DNA of 64,000 nucleotides from a virus: IMG/VR virus record IMGVR_UViG_3300048597_000624, positions 1 to 64,000 of that record; one strand, 5' to 3'. Shown piece by piece: positions 45,749 to 54,709 of this stretch (position 1 is its first letter; each line of letters starts with the position of its first letter). The notes under the pieces were generated by a model. It saw only the letters and a program-made list of their open reading frames with translations, ran no database searches and was not told where the DNA came from. The position numbers and the translations under genes were made by a program.

Positions 45749-48700
45749 CAGACCAGCCCTTTATCGCGCCAATACTGGAAGCACTTGGGGTAGTTCGCTT
45801 CGGCCTTTTCTCGATCGAGAAAAAGTAGCCGTCCAAACTCTGCCCAGCCTTCTTGGGCGTCGGTTTTAGCATACTTCGACAAGGGAGTGCTGGGCAAGTT
45901 AATCTCTTCCTGCCAATTTTTCTTCCACTCAGGCGTGTAATCGAAGTCGTGGCCGCCGATGGCATGAGCCAATTCGTGGGCATGCGTGCCGGCCGCGGTG
46001 ATGTCCGAACCGGGATCTGCAGTTCCGACGCGCTCCCCTGTGTCTTCGCCTCCGTCCAGGCAAAGCGTTCCGTTGAGATCCTCATGCGTCGGCTTGCCTG
46101 TCGAACGGTAAATCGGGTAGGCAAAGAATCCCATCACGGTTGCTCCGCGCGGGATACGCGAACCGCGGCGGCGGGCCTCGGCTGTGACGCCGCTAACGCT
46201 CGGCTTCCACTGGACGCTGGAAACGAACCGGTCGACACGTCGCAAGCACTCGCCATTCATGCCGTCGATCGCGCGCGAGATTGCCGCCCGGTAGGCTTGC
46301 TGCTTGTCCTTGGAGAGCCGCTTAAGCTGCTCCGGCATGTCTTTGAGAAGCTTGGCGCGAACCGACTCGCGCGCGGCGTGTAATTCGCTTTCCGCAGAAT
46401 CGTCGGCGGTGGATTCCTTCGCGGCAGCCGCCGGCGTCGAACTCGATTCGCTGCTGCTGCTACCGCTGCCGGCGCTCTCCTTCTCGACGAACTTCCCTTC
46501 ATCGTCGCGCGGATGCTTGGACTCGAAATCAAGGCCCTTTTGCGTCCCGCTGTTGGCCTGCGGATCGTCGTCGAACAGTCGCGTTTGACGAGCATACTTC
46601 CGCAAGAATCGGCGCGTGCGGGCAAACGGCACCGACTCGATTGCGTCATCCCGCGCCGGAACATACTTGCCGGCCTGATGAGCCAGATCGACCGCTTCCG
46701 ATAAAACTTCGTTCGACCAGCGCGCGGGCGGCTCGATTCGGCCTTCGCCGAGCATGTCCCACACTCGTTCGCCGAGATCTTCGGAGTATCCTTCCGCGTG
46801 GTTACCCAGGCCGAGTTCCGGCAGCGAGGCGGCAACCGACGTCGCCTTGACGTCGAACCCAGGAATTGCCGTGTAGTCCTTGCCGGCGTTCGACAGCCGC
46901 GCGAAGTCGTTGCGGGTGAGCCCCATGATCTCGCGCAACTGCATCTTGGCGTGCTCGCGGTCCGTGATGGCTTGCCGCTTCTCTTCCCAGACGAAGTCGA
47001 CAGCATCGCGCAGAGTAGCGGCATCGAGGTTGTGCTCTTCGGCCAATGCGGAGATTGCTTGGCCCAATCGGCCTTCGGACGTTCGCTTGGGCTTGGGCTG
47101 TTTTGCCGGTTGCTGCTGCGACTGGGGCTGAGACTTGGGCTCACCACCTGGTGGCAGTCCGGCGGCCGACTCGAGTTCGCGGACCGACGCCTCTTGCTTG
47201 GGCAGCAGTTCGTCCGGTGGGTTCTGTCCGGCTTGTCGCCATGCGCGGCGAATCGCCTCTTTCGACTGCTCCAGTTCCGCTCGCGCGCGACGGGCGGCGT
47301 CGGCCTTGGCGGGATCTGGCTGCGTTGGTGCATCGATTTCGGTTTCAACAGGGGATTCCATCTGCTCGCCCGTCTCGGGCTGCTCCTGCGGCGTCGGCTC
47401 CTCATCGCCAACCATGTCGATGTCATCCCAGGCGTCGGGATAGCCTTCGTGGTCGTCGTCCTCCCGGTGCGGAGTGGCATGACCCGGGGCGTCCACAATG
47501 CCGACGCGATGCCCGCGGTTGACCAGCGTATTGAGGTGGCCCTCTAAATCCGCCTGCTTGATGACCGCATGCTTCCCGTTGCCCAATTCGAGGTGCTCAT
47601 TGAGTCGAGCGGCGCCAGCACCGAAGGCGTGATAGTCACCGTTTTCGTTGACCAGCAAAATCGTTCCCGCGGGGGCCATCTCGAGGGCGCGATCGTGGGC
47701 CTCCCGCAACACGCTGTCGCGATGATCTTCGTGGGCGTCTTGCTTGCGGGCTCGCCGTGCGCGAGATTCGTCCGATTCGTCGCGCAGGTCGTCAACGTCT
47801 TCGCCCTCCAGGCCCGGGCAGCCGGCGTGAATGTGGCCATCTTCGCCGACGAGGGCAGGGGCGCCGCCGACGGTTTTCCACTGGGCACCCTTGGGCTCTG
47901 GATCGGGCTCAGCGCGGTAGACGCGGCGACCTTCTTTGTTTCGACGATGTTTGAGCTTTTCGGGCAAATCTTCGGCAAGCTTCTCGATTTGCTGTCGGAG
48001 ATCGGGTGGTGTTGTCGCGTCGTCGAGCTTGGCAAGGCTATCGAGGCTTAGCCACCAGTGATAGTCGTGCTCCTTGGGGTTGGTGTCGACGTTTGACGAC
48101 GAACCGGCGGCCACTTGCGCCCGATACATGACCCCAGATTTGCCGTTGCGAGTTTCAAACGGAACCTCCCCTGGAAGAAACTCGATCGATAACCCCGTTT
48201 CCTCTTCCACTTCGCGCGCGGCGGCCTTGCGCGGATCCTCGCCGTCACGACGATGGCCGGCAGGGCACTCCCATTCGCCCGTGCGGGTGCTGGCTTCCGA
48301 TCGGCGGACCAGCAAAACCTTGCCGTCGTGGATGATGGCTGTGGCGACGATGTCCGGATCGTCATCCTCCACGATGATCGACTCGGCATCGTCACGCTTG
48401 GCATACTGCCGCGGCGTCGCTCCACCTGCGGGCCCGTACATGCGAAGCTGCAATCCGCCATCGGCGGCGGCTGCCTTCTGCTTGTCGCCTTCAGGCCCAT
48501 CGTCATCCGGTTTATCCGGATCATCATCGGGGTCGTCGTCCACCTCGGGTCCGTCTTCGCCCGGTCCCTCATCATCGTCGCCGCCGGCCAGTGGATTCTG
48601 CGGAAACGCCACGGTCGAGCGAGAGCCAGGCAGGTTGTCGCCCGGCTGGCCCGGCTGCCCCGGTTGTTGGCCCGGCATGCCCGGCAATCCCAGCCCCATT

Positions 48701-50202
48701 CCGGCGCCCTGCGAGAACGTGGGGTTCTGTAGCGCCTCTTCGCCGTCGGTCGGGATCGACGAACCAATCATGCCCGCGACTTCAGCCGGCTTGAGCTTCA
48801 ACCCCATCTCCCAAGCCATCTGGTACGCCTGGAGCTTCTTCTCCACCTCGGGCGATTCGGTGTCGATTACGAATCGCACATAGACCCGCTGCGAGCCGGG
48901 GAAGTTGAACAGCTTGAGCGGCTCGACAAAGTCCGTCGTTAGCGACTCTTCGAGGTTCGTCGCGTCATAGCGAATTATTTGATTAAACGTTTCGAGGTGC
49001 AGATCCGCCACGCCACTGCCCAGGCCGGTCGCTTCGGACTCACTCGACAGGATTTGGCCCAGGATGTATCGCTTGATCTGGTGGCCAAACAGGTCATGCA
49101 CGATCGACTTGAGCGACTCGACGCCGGCCGCGTTGGGCTCGATGCGATCGATTCCGTACTGCGATTTCTCTTCGCCCTCGGGGATCGGCACCAGAATGTT
49201 ATTGTTCTGGTGGGACTCCATTGCCGCCGCTTCGGCCTTTTCTTTCCCCTCGGGGTTCCCCAGCGGGTAGTACCAGATTGTGAAGCCTTGTCCCACGCGC
49301 TCGAGATATTCGACCAGCATCGCGAGGGCTTCTTGTTTCTGATACCACGCCCAGTAGATGCGCGAGCGCACGCCGACGCCATGAATCGCACCGGCGTCAA
49401 TTGGCGATTCGTAGGCCGCGTCTTCAACCATGTGCTTGTGCAGCACGATCGCGCGACGTTCCCAATCCTCCAGGAAATACCCCATGCCCTGATCGGTCGC
49501 GACCACCTTGTGCGGTCCGACCAGGTCGCCGGGCTTGAAGTTTCCCGCCACGCGGATGCCGATTTGGTCTGGATCCCAGCCCTCTTCGTTCACTCCGGGG
49601 ATATCTTGGCGAAAGAGCAGCTTGTCGCCGTTGATCGGGCGCCACTTGCGAACGATCAGCCGTTGCTGGCCGTGGACGTAGTCCCAGTTGAACAGGTTGT
49701 TGATCGCGGATCGTCCGAACCAAACCGCTTCCTGCAGCGAGCGGCGATACTCCACGAACCGCGAGGTCCGGCGAATGATCGCGGTGAGGTCGTCGACGAG
49801 CTTCTTTTGCAGCGGGGAATTCTCGTCTTCCGCCTCGAGGTGCCAATTGAGCAGCGCCACGCAACGCTGGCGAGCCTCCAGGCACTCCATCACCGTGCAA
49901 TCGTTGCGCATGTACCGCGCGTTGTCTTTCGAGTGGCGGTAGGCTTCGTCCGGATTGCGGTAGACCTTGGCGAGGTTGGAAATCAAACCCTGGAACGTCA
50001 TCACGTGCGGCATCACCGGCATGCCGAAGCCGGGAGGGGCTCCCTTGATGCCGCGCGCAGGATCGTGCGACTTCACGTTGGGCGGGCTGGCCTGGCCGTT
50101 TGCGTGGCCATTGGTGGACGGCTTGGGCGGGCGCGGCGTGCGGGCAACCAGCGGGCGGGCGTTGTCGGGCAGGTTGCCGCGAGAGGGGAGGGGAGCGGCC
50201 AT
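45748..50202 (-). CDS. Portal protein (Mu gp29/DUF935-like) fused to Nudix, MutS-I-like and zincin-like domains
   Basis: ILGQILSS...GLGSGVADLH portal motif; GHRRDGEDPRKAAAREVEEETGL Nudix box; HPRDDEGKF; HELAH...SKYA...EGWAE. Confidence 0.85.
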   Translation of the reverse strand: MAAPLPSRGNLPDNARPLVARTPRPPKPSTNGHANGQASPPNVKSHDPARGIKGAPPGFGMPVMPHVMTFQGLISNLAKVYRNPDEAYRHSKDNARYMRNDCTVMECLEARQRCVALLNWHLEAEDENSPLQKKLVDDLTAIIRRTSRFVEYRRSLQEAVWFGRSAINNLFNWDYVHGQQRLIVRKWRPINGDKLLFRQDIPGVNEEGWDPDQIGIRVAGNFKPGDLVGPHKVVATDQGMGYFLEDWERRAIVLHKHMVEDAAYESPIDAGAIHGVGVRSRIYWAWYQKQEALAMLVEYLERVGQGFTIWYYPLGNPEGKEKAEAAAMESHQNNNILVPIPEGEEKSQYGIDRIEPNAAGVESLKSIVHDLFGHQIKRYILGQILSSESEATGLGSGVADLHLETFNQIIRYDATNLEESLTTDFVEPLKLFNFPGSQRVYVRFVIDTESPEVEKKLQAYQMAWEMGLKLKPAEVAGMIGSSIPTDGEEALQNPTFSQGAGMGLGLPGMPGQQPGQPGQPGDNLPGSRSTVAFPQNPLAGGDDDEGPGEDGPEVDDDPDDDPDKPDDDGPEGDKQKAAAADGGLQLRMYGPAGGATPRQYAKRDDAESIIVEDDDPDIVATAIIHDGKVLLVRRSEASTRTGEWECPAGHRRDGEDPRKAAAREVEEETGLSIEFLPGEVPFETRNGKSGVMYRAQVAAGSSSNVDTNPKEHDYHWWLSLDSLAKLDDATTPPDLRQQIEKLAEDLPEKLKHRRNKEGRRVYRAEPDPEPKGAQWKTVGGAPALVGEDGHIHAGCPGLEGEDVDDLRDESDESRARRARKQDAHEDHRDSVLREAHDRALEMAPAGTILLVNENGDYHAFGAGAARLNEHLELGNGKHAVIKQADLEGHLNTLVNRGHRVGIVDAPGHATPHREDDDHEGYPDAWDDIDMVGDEEPTPQEQPETGEQMESPVETEIDAPTQPDPAKADAARRARAELEQSKEAIRRAWRQAGQNPPDELLPKQEASVRELESAAGLPPGGEPKSQPQSQQQPAKQPKPKRTSEGRLGQAISALAEEHNLDAATLRDAVDFVWEEKRQAITDREHAKMQLREIMGLTRNDFARLSNAGKDYTAIPGFDVKATSVAASLPELGLGNHAEGYSEDLGERVWDMLGEGRIEPPARWSNEVLSEAVDLAHQAGKYVPARDDAIESVPFARTRRFLRKYARQTRLFDDDPQANSGTQKGLDFESKHPRDDEGKFVEKESAGSGSSSSESSSTPAAAAKESTADDSAESELHAARESVRAKLLKDMPEQLKRLSKDKQQAYRAAISRAIDGMNGECLRRVDRFVSSVQWKPSVSGVTAEARRRGSRIPRGATVMGFFAYPIYRSTGKPTHEDLNGTLCLDGGEDTGERVGTADPGSDITAAGTHAHELAHAIGGHDFDYTPEWKKNWQEEINLPSTPLSKYAKTDAQEGWAEFGRLLFLDREKAEANYPKCFQYWRDKGLV

Positions 50203-50348
50203 AGTCGATCACCGGAGTTTACCGGGGCGACCGCTCCGTCAGCGGACTAGGGACGCAGGATGGGGCCGCCACGCTGGCCGGCGCGACGACGTTCGCTATG
50301 GTAGCGAAGTGAGGGCGGGGGCGGCAATCACGAGGTTAAAGCCCCGCA

Positions 50349-51047
50349 TCACAGCAGGCCGGCGTCCGCGAGTTTGGCCGCCTTCCTGGCGAATCGTTTG
50401 AGGTCCATCGGTGCATAGCCGAACACTTCGTAGTTGCGCCCATTGTGTTGGAGCGTCTTGCGGAGGTAGCGATAGGTGACGCGCGTCGGCCCGGGCGGAT
50501 ACCAGTGAGTTTCCTTGCCGGTCAGAGCTTCAATCTCGCGATCCTCCAGGCAGGGGCGATAGGTCTGCGTGATTGCCTTGTCGCACACCTCGGTTTTCGG
50601 GTCGAGGAAGTCTTTGGTGTTGTGGAAGGGTCCGCCGATGAATGGAAACTCGACTTTGACTGAGGCGGCGATATGGGCTGTGGAGCAGCACTGGTGATTC
50701 GGATCAGGCGGAGTCGCTGACATATTCACGCTTTTGACCGGATAGCCCAGTATCGTCTCCGGAAGAACTTTGGTCGTTGCAAACGTTCCAGTGATTCCAT
50801 GTGGCGGATAGCTTCCGAGCATTACCGACGTGACGTAAACCGTCCAGTACATTCCCGGAGTGTTCAATCTCATCGGCTCGTTAAAGCGGATCGGTGGGCC
50901 GTCGTGAGATACTTCGCTGAACTCAACCGCCCACCGCTCGCCATCGTCCGAAAGATAGAGAGCAAAGTAGCCAAACGACACTACGGACTTGCCCTCGTCA
51001 TTCGTGAGTGAGCCGCGACTGCCCGTGATCGAAGGCTTAAGCTGCAT
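50349..51047 (-). CDS. Hypothetical protein
   Basis: Co-oriented ORF between terminase and portal. Confidence 0.55.
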   Translation of the reverse strand: MQLKPSITGSRGSLTNDEGKSVVSFGYFALYLSDDGERWAVEFSEVSHDGPPIRFNEPMRLNTPGMYWTVYVTSVMLGSYPPHGITGTFATTKVLPETILGYPVKSVNMSATPPDPNHQCCSTAHIAASVKVEFPFIGGPFHNTKDFLDPKTEVCDKAITQTYRPCLEDREIEALTGKETHWYPPGPTRVTYRYLRKTLQHNGRNYEVFGYAPMDLKRFARKAAKLADAGLL

Positions 51048-51096
51048 CGCTCTTATTCCAGTTTTTCCCGCTTTTCCGGAATAACGGGAAAGTTAT

Positions 51097-51477
51097 TCAA
51101 GTTGCCTTGGATTCTTCCGGGACCGGTTCAACACGCCGCTCCGGATCCGTCAGCCAGCTATAGGCGGACTTCTCAAGCGGTGCCGGCGCAACAAACGCTC
51201 CGCTCACTCGCATGCTGCCCAGTCCGTCCTTGGTGTTCGTCGCTTCGACCGTCATCACCACGTGCCGGTAGTCTTGATTGGCGATCCGCAGTTGCAGGGC
51301 CTTCGTTCCGAGCAACTCGCCAAGATCGAACGGTTCGGACGGCAGGCAGGTCAGGCGGAACTTGCAGGCCGGCGGCGCGGAATCGTCGATCATCAGGCTC
51401 CATTGCTCGAACTCAAGGAGCGTGGTTCCGGTGGAGTCCATGAGCAAACCGGATTCGCCGTGGATGGTTTCTCTCAT
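51097..51477 (-). CDS. Hypothetical protein
   Basis: ATGA overlap with upstream ORF. Confidence 0.55.
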   Translation of the reverse strand: MRETIHGESGLLMDSTGTTLLEFEQWSLMIDDSAPPACKFRLTCLPSEPFDLGELLGTKALQLRIANQDYRHVVMTVEATNTKDGLGSMRVSGAFVAPAPLEKSAYSWLTDPERRVEPVPEESKAT

Positions 51478-51686
51478 GTCAGCTTGGTTTCTGATAGTCG
51501 CTGTTTGATTTGGATGAACAATCGGCAGCGGCGCCTGATCGTGTCTATCAGGTCATCTTTAAGACTCACGCTTGCGGCCTTTCCGGCTTGATTGACCATC
51601 ATGCCAATCGCCTCGCACTCTTCTCCATACTCGCGAATCAGATGCAGCAGCGGTTCTTTTGCACTCACGGCACATCCCCCGGGCAA
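51474..51686 (-). CDS. Hypothetical protein
   Basis: Tiled small ORF; start uncertain. Confidence 0.45.
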   Translation of the reverse strand: MPGGCAVSAKEPLLHLIREYGEECEAIGMMVNQAGKAASVSLKDDLIDTIRRRCRLFIQIKQRLSETKLT

Positions 51687-51922
51687 GGCTCGACGATCGG
51701 CGGCATGTCAGGCGGGAGCGGTTTGGGTTCGTCCATTTCGAGTCGCTCTCGAAGCTTCTTGTAGATCAGCCACACTCCGAAGGGAACAAGGCTGGGGCCG
51801 AACGCAGTTTCAACGCTCGCCGATTCGCCCACTTTACTGAACCCTCGTCGCCCGAATCTCAATGTACAAGCAAATCGCCATCGCCGCGGCGGACAGGACG
51901 TAGGGCAGGTATTGCCAGAAAT

Positions 51923-52207
51923 TCACTTCGGACCCTCTCGCCGCCGCGATTCTTTAAGGAAAAAGCGATAGGAATCCCAGTCACTCATCACTTTGAGTCC
52001 AGACGCAAACAAAATCAAGCAATACCCAGCGATCGCGAATGGATTCCAGTATTGCGGGAGGATGAACAAGGAAGTCAGTACCAAAGCCGCCAACAACACC
52101 AGGTCCGCCGCAAAATCTTCCCATGCGGTATCAAGCATCCATTCAAGCATGCTGTCGTCCAGCGTGCGAACAAACCTTGCGATGTCGCTTTCGTCGAGAA
52201 CGCTCAC
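51923..52207 (-). CDS. Small two-TM membrane protein
   Basis: GTGA overlap with KTSC gene; two hydrophobic helices. Confidence 0.55.
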   Translation of the reverse strand: MSVLDESDIARFVRTLDDSMLEWMLDTAWEDFAADLVLLAALVLTSLFILPQYWNPFAIAGYCLILFASGLKVMSDWDSYRFFLKESRRREGPK

Positions 52208-53424
52208 TGCAACCCCCTCGAAGCACTCGGCATTCCAACGCTCGGCAACAGACTCCGGAAATACTTGCCGTTCTGCTGGATCGTGCGTTGCTTGAACCCG
52301 CCATCGACCACCGCCTTGCGTGGCACATACGTCGCAGCGGCCGTCCCGTCCTCGTAGAACGCCGTGGTCGCAGCGGCCAGCCGATAGTCAAACCGGTGCC
52401 CCCAGACGGTTCCACGGATCCGCAGGATATCCCAGACGGCTTCGCCTTTCGAGTCGGCCGCCTTCATCCGCATGAAGGCTCGCTCAGGAACGTCGAAGTA
52501 TTCGTACACCGCGCCGGGCGACCCGGACTGAGCCCCAATCTTGCCGCGGAATCGCTTCTTTCCCAGCCGGTTCTTGTAGACCTGGATGGCTTTGACGATC
52601 GGATTGAAATACTGCACCGTCAGCGTGCGAGTCGAGCGATCGTAACCAAATGCGTACACGCTGGACGAACCGAAGACGCGAATGTACCGGTCAGGATCGC
52701 CGTCGGGCCCGGGCTTGCCCAGCACGTGGAACCCGCGATCGTCATCGCCTCCGCCGCTCCCTTTGCCGCCTGATCGTCCGCTACTGCCACCATTGCCGCC
52801 GGCGCTGCCCGATCCATCGCGCGAGCCAAAGCGACCCGTTGCCGCACTGCGACCGCTGGGCCCGCCGCGACCGACGTTGCTTGTGCCCGGTCCGTAGGAT
52901 CCGCCGCGCCGCTGGTTCTTGGGCGAAATGACCGTCGCTTCGGTCTTCTCGGCCAGCGGGATCGGCGGCATGTCCTCCACGGGGTTGTGGAACACTCCGG
53001 TCGACCGATACGACGGCGGCGGCAGGTGCGGAGTTTCCAGCGTGTAGCCAGCTCGCTCGAGCGATCGGTGTGCGTCGTCGATAGCCCGCTGCGATGTTCG
53101 GCCACCCCGACCACCGCGAGCAGCGTTGACGAGCGTTCCAATCGCTCGAGCGAGTGAACCAGCTTGTGTGAAGAGTCGCGCGAGCGAGCCCAACGCGGGG
53201 GCCGAAGTTGGCGCGATGGATTGGGAGACGTTCATCGCGTAGCGGACGGTTTGTCCGATGGTGCGCTGAGTGCGTCGATCGGCGAGCGAGTTGAAGGCGT
53301 CTTGCGCGAGCGTGTTGGCGCTGAGTCGGCTGCGGGTTCGGTTGCCGGCATTACGCGACGACGAGCCCCCAGGCCGGAACGGGCCGGAGCGTGTCGGTCG
53401 GAATGGGCCGGTCGAGCGGTTCAT
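52204..53424 (-). CDS. KTSC-domain protein with long Arg/Gly-rich N-terminus
   Basis: SSSVYAFGYD....LTVQY...YEYFDVP...MKAADSKG. Confidence 0.75.
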   Translation of the reverse strand: MNRSTGPFRPTRSGPFRPGGSSSRNAGNRTRSRLSANTLAQDAFNSLADRRTQRTIGQTVRYAMNVSQSIAPTSAPALGSLARLFTQAGSLARAIGTLVNAARGGRGGRTSQRAIDDAHRSLERAGYTLETPHLPPPSYRSTGVFHNPVEDMPPIPLAEKTEATVISPKNQRRGGSYGPGTSNVGRGGPSGRSAATGRFGSRDGSGSAGGNGGSSGRSGGKGSGGGDDDRGFHVLGKPGPDGDPDRYIRVFGSSSVYAFGYDRSTRTLTVQYFNPIVKAIQVYKNRLGKKRFRGKIGAQSGSPGAVYEYFDVPERAFMRMKAADSKGEAVWDILRIRGTVWGHRFDYRLAAATTAFYEDGTAAATYVPRKAVVDGGFKQRTIQQNGKYFRSLLPSVGMPSASRGLQ

Positions 53425-53759
53425 TGGGCTCCCTGGCTCTCCAGTCTGATTCGTTGGGCCAGCACGTCAGTTACGACAACCGGATTGAACAAGTATCGCG
53501 TTCCGGCCTTTATCGCGGGAATGCGTCCAGCCTCAACTTCCTCCTTCAGCCACTTCTTGGTTACTCCCAGTCGGCTCGCTTGCCGATTATCCGTCAAAAT
53601 CTCCGCTGCCCTTCCGGCAAGAGAATCAACTCCGTTATCAACCAAGGCCTGTATGGCATCGTGGAATTCGACAACTGCGGGATTGGGATTGTCCCGGTTA
53701 AGCGGGCGATTATTGCTCAGAAAGCCACTGCAAACACCAATGGCCCGGGTGAGGTCCAT
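53421..53759 (-). CDS. Protein with C-terminal excisionase-type HTH (start re-called at MDLTRA)
   Basis: QASRLGVTKKWL...GRIPAIKAGTRYLF; TAATG coupling. Confidence 0.65.
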   Translation of the reverse strand: MDLTRAIGVCSGFLSNNRPLNRDNPNPAVVEFHDAIQALVDNGVDSLAGRAAEILTDNRQASRLGVTKKWLKEEVEAGRIPAIKAGTRYLFNPVVVTDVLAQRIRLESQGAQ

Positions 53760-54106
53760 TACGAATCCTCCTTCGAGGTTCGCGCTTTGGGACGCCACGG
53801 CACCGGGCCCTCGTGCAAGGGAGCGATGCCGCCGTTGACCTTGGACAGAATCTTGCTGAGTTTCCAGCCAGCAAAATCAGCCACTCGCGCGGCATCACGC
53901 TGCGACGTCAGGTCGTCCGGGTTGGCCGATTCGACGATGAGTTGCCGGCACTCGCGCACGATTTCGAGGGCACGCTCACGCGAGAGCTCGCCGCCGCTGG
54001 AGACGACTTGGGCGGCGAAGTCGTCCAGTCGCGAATAGATCACCGCTGCCGCCGGCATGGAGGCGGTTTCGGTGCGGAAGGTTGCGATGGCTTCGTCGAT
54101 GGTCAT
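53759..54106 (-). CDS. Hypothetical protein
   Basis: Tiled co-oriented ORF. Confidence 0.55.
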   Translation of the reverse strand: MTIDEAIATFRTETASMPAAAVIYSRLDDFAAQVVSSGGELSRERALEIVRECRQLIVESANPDDLTSQRDAARVADFAGWKLSKILSKVNGGIAPLHEGPVPWRPKARTSKEDS

Positions 54107-54400
54107 TGGTTGTCTTTCCGGAGTTCTAAATCAAGGCGAGCACGACAGCACACCACCGCAAAGGCTGAGATCGGCCAAACCACAATGCCCACAACGATTG
54201 TTGCCGCGGACAGACATCCGATGACTTCGATGGTCATTCGTCACCGCCTGAAATGATTTCCCAAGTACCGACCCGCCAGTGATGGTAAATCAACTCGGCA
54301 TCTACGAACACCGGATCGACCATGACAACGGGATTCGGGTCAACCTCCAGTTCGTGGCCGTTGTAGACGAGCGTGGTTGTGTCGGGCTGATCGAACTGGA

Positions 54401-54709
54401 TCATTGCTGTTGCACCACGGTCCCAAACAAAACTTGCGCCGCCTGAACCGTCACTTTGCCGAGATGGATGATTTCCGACTCGCCGTCCCTCACGGTCGGA
54501 AACGACGAGTGCTCGAATGCGATCAAGAAATCGTCCGTCTCTTTGCTGAATCCTATCCAGCGGGGAATTGCGCCCTTAGGGACCGGTGATTGGAGTACCA
54601 CGCCGCCGTTGGTACCCAGCAATGCCATCAGGTCGATGCGTGAGATTGCGATGGATGCGACTCTCGGGCCTTCTTCGGGATGAAAGATCTCGCCGTTCAC
54701 GTGGTTCAT
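54401..54709 (-). CDS. Hypothetical protein
   Basis: ATGA overlap with terminase stop. Confidence 0.55.
   Translation of the reverse strand: MNHVNGEIFHPEEGPRVASIAISRIDLMALLGTNGGVVLQSPVPKGAIPRWIGFSKETDDFLIAFEHSSFPTVRDGESEIIHLGKVTVQAAQVLFGTVVQQQ

Noticed and set aside
42065-50250. Long plus-strand ORFs 42065..43264, 43901..44785 and 48979..50250
   Set aside because: Antisense shadows of capsid, scaffold and portal genes
50203-50330. Possible promoter (TTGCCG-N18-TACCAT) and hairpins before the portal
   Set aside because: Weak match in GC-rich DNA with no second copy; not supportable without TSS data
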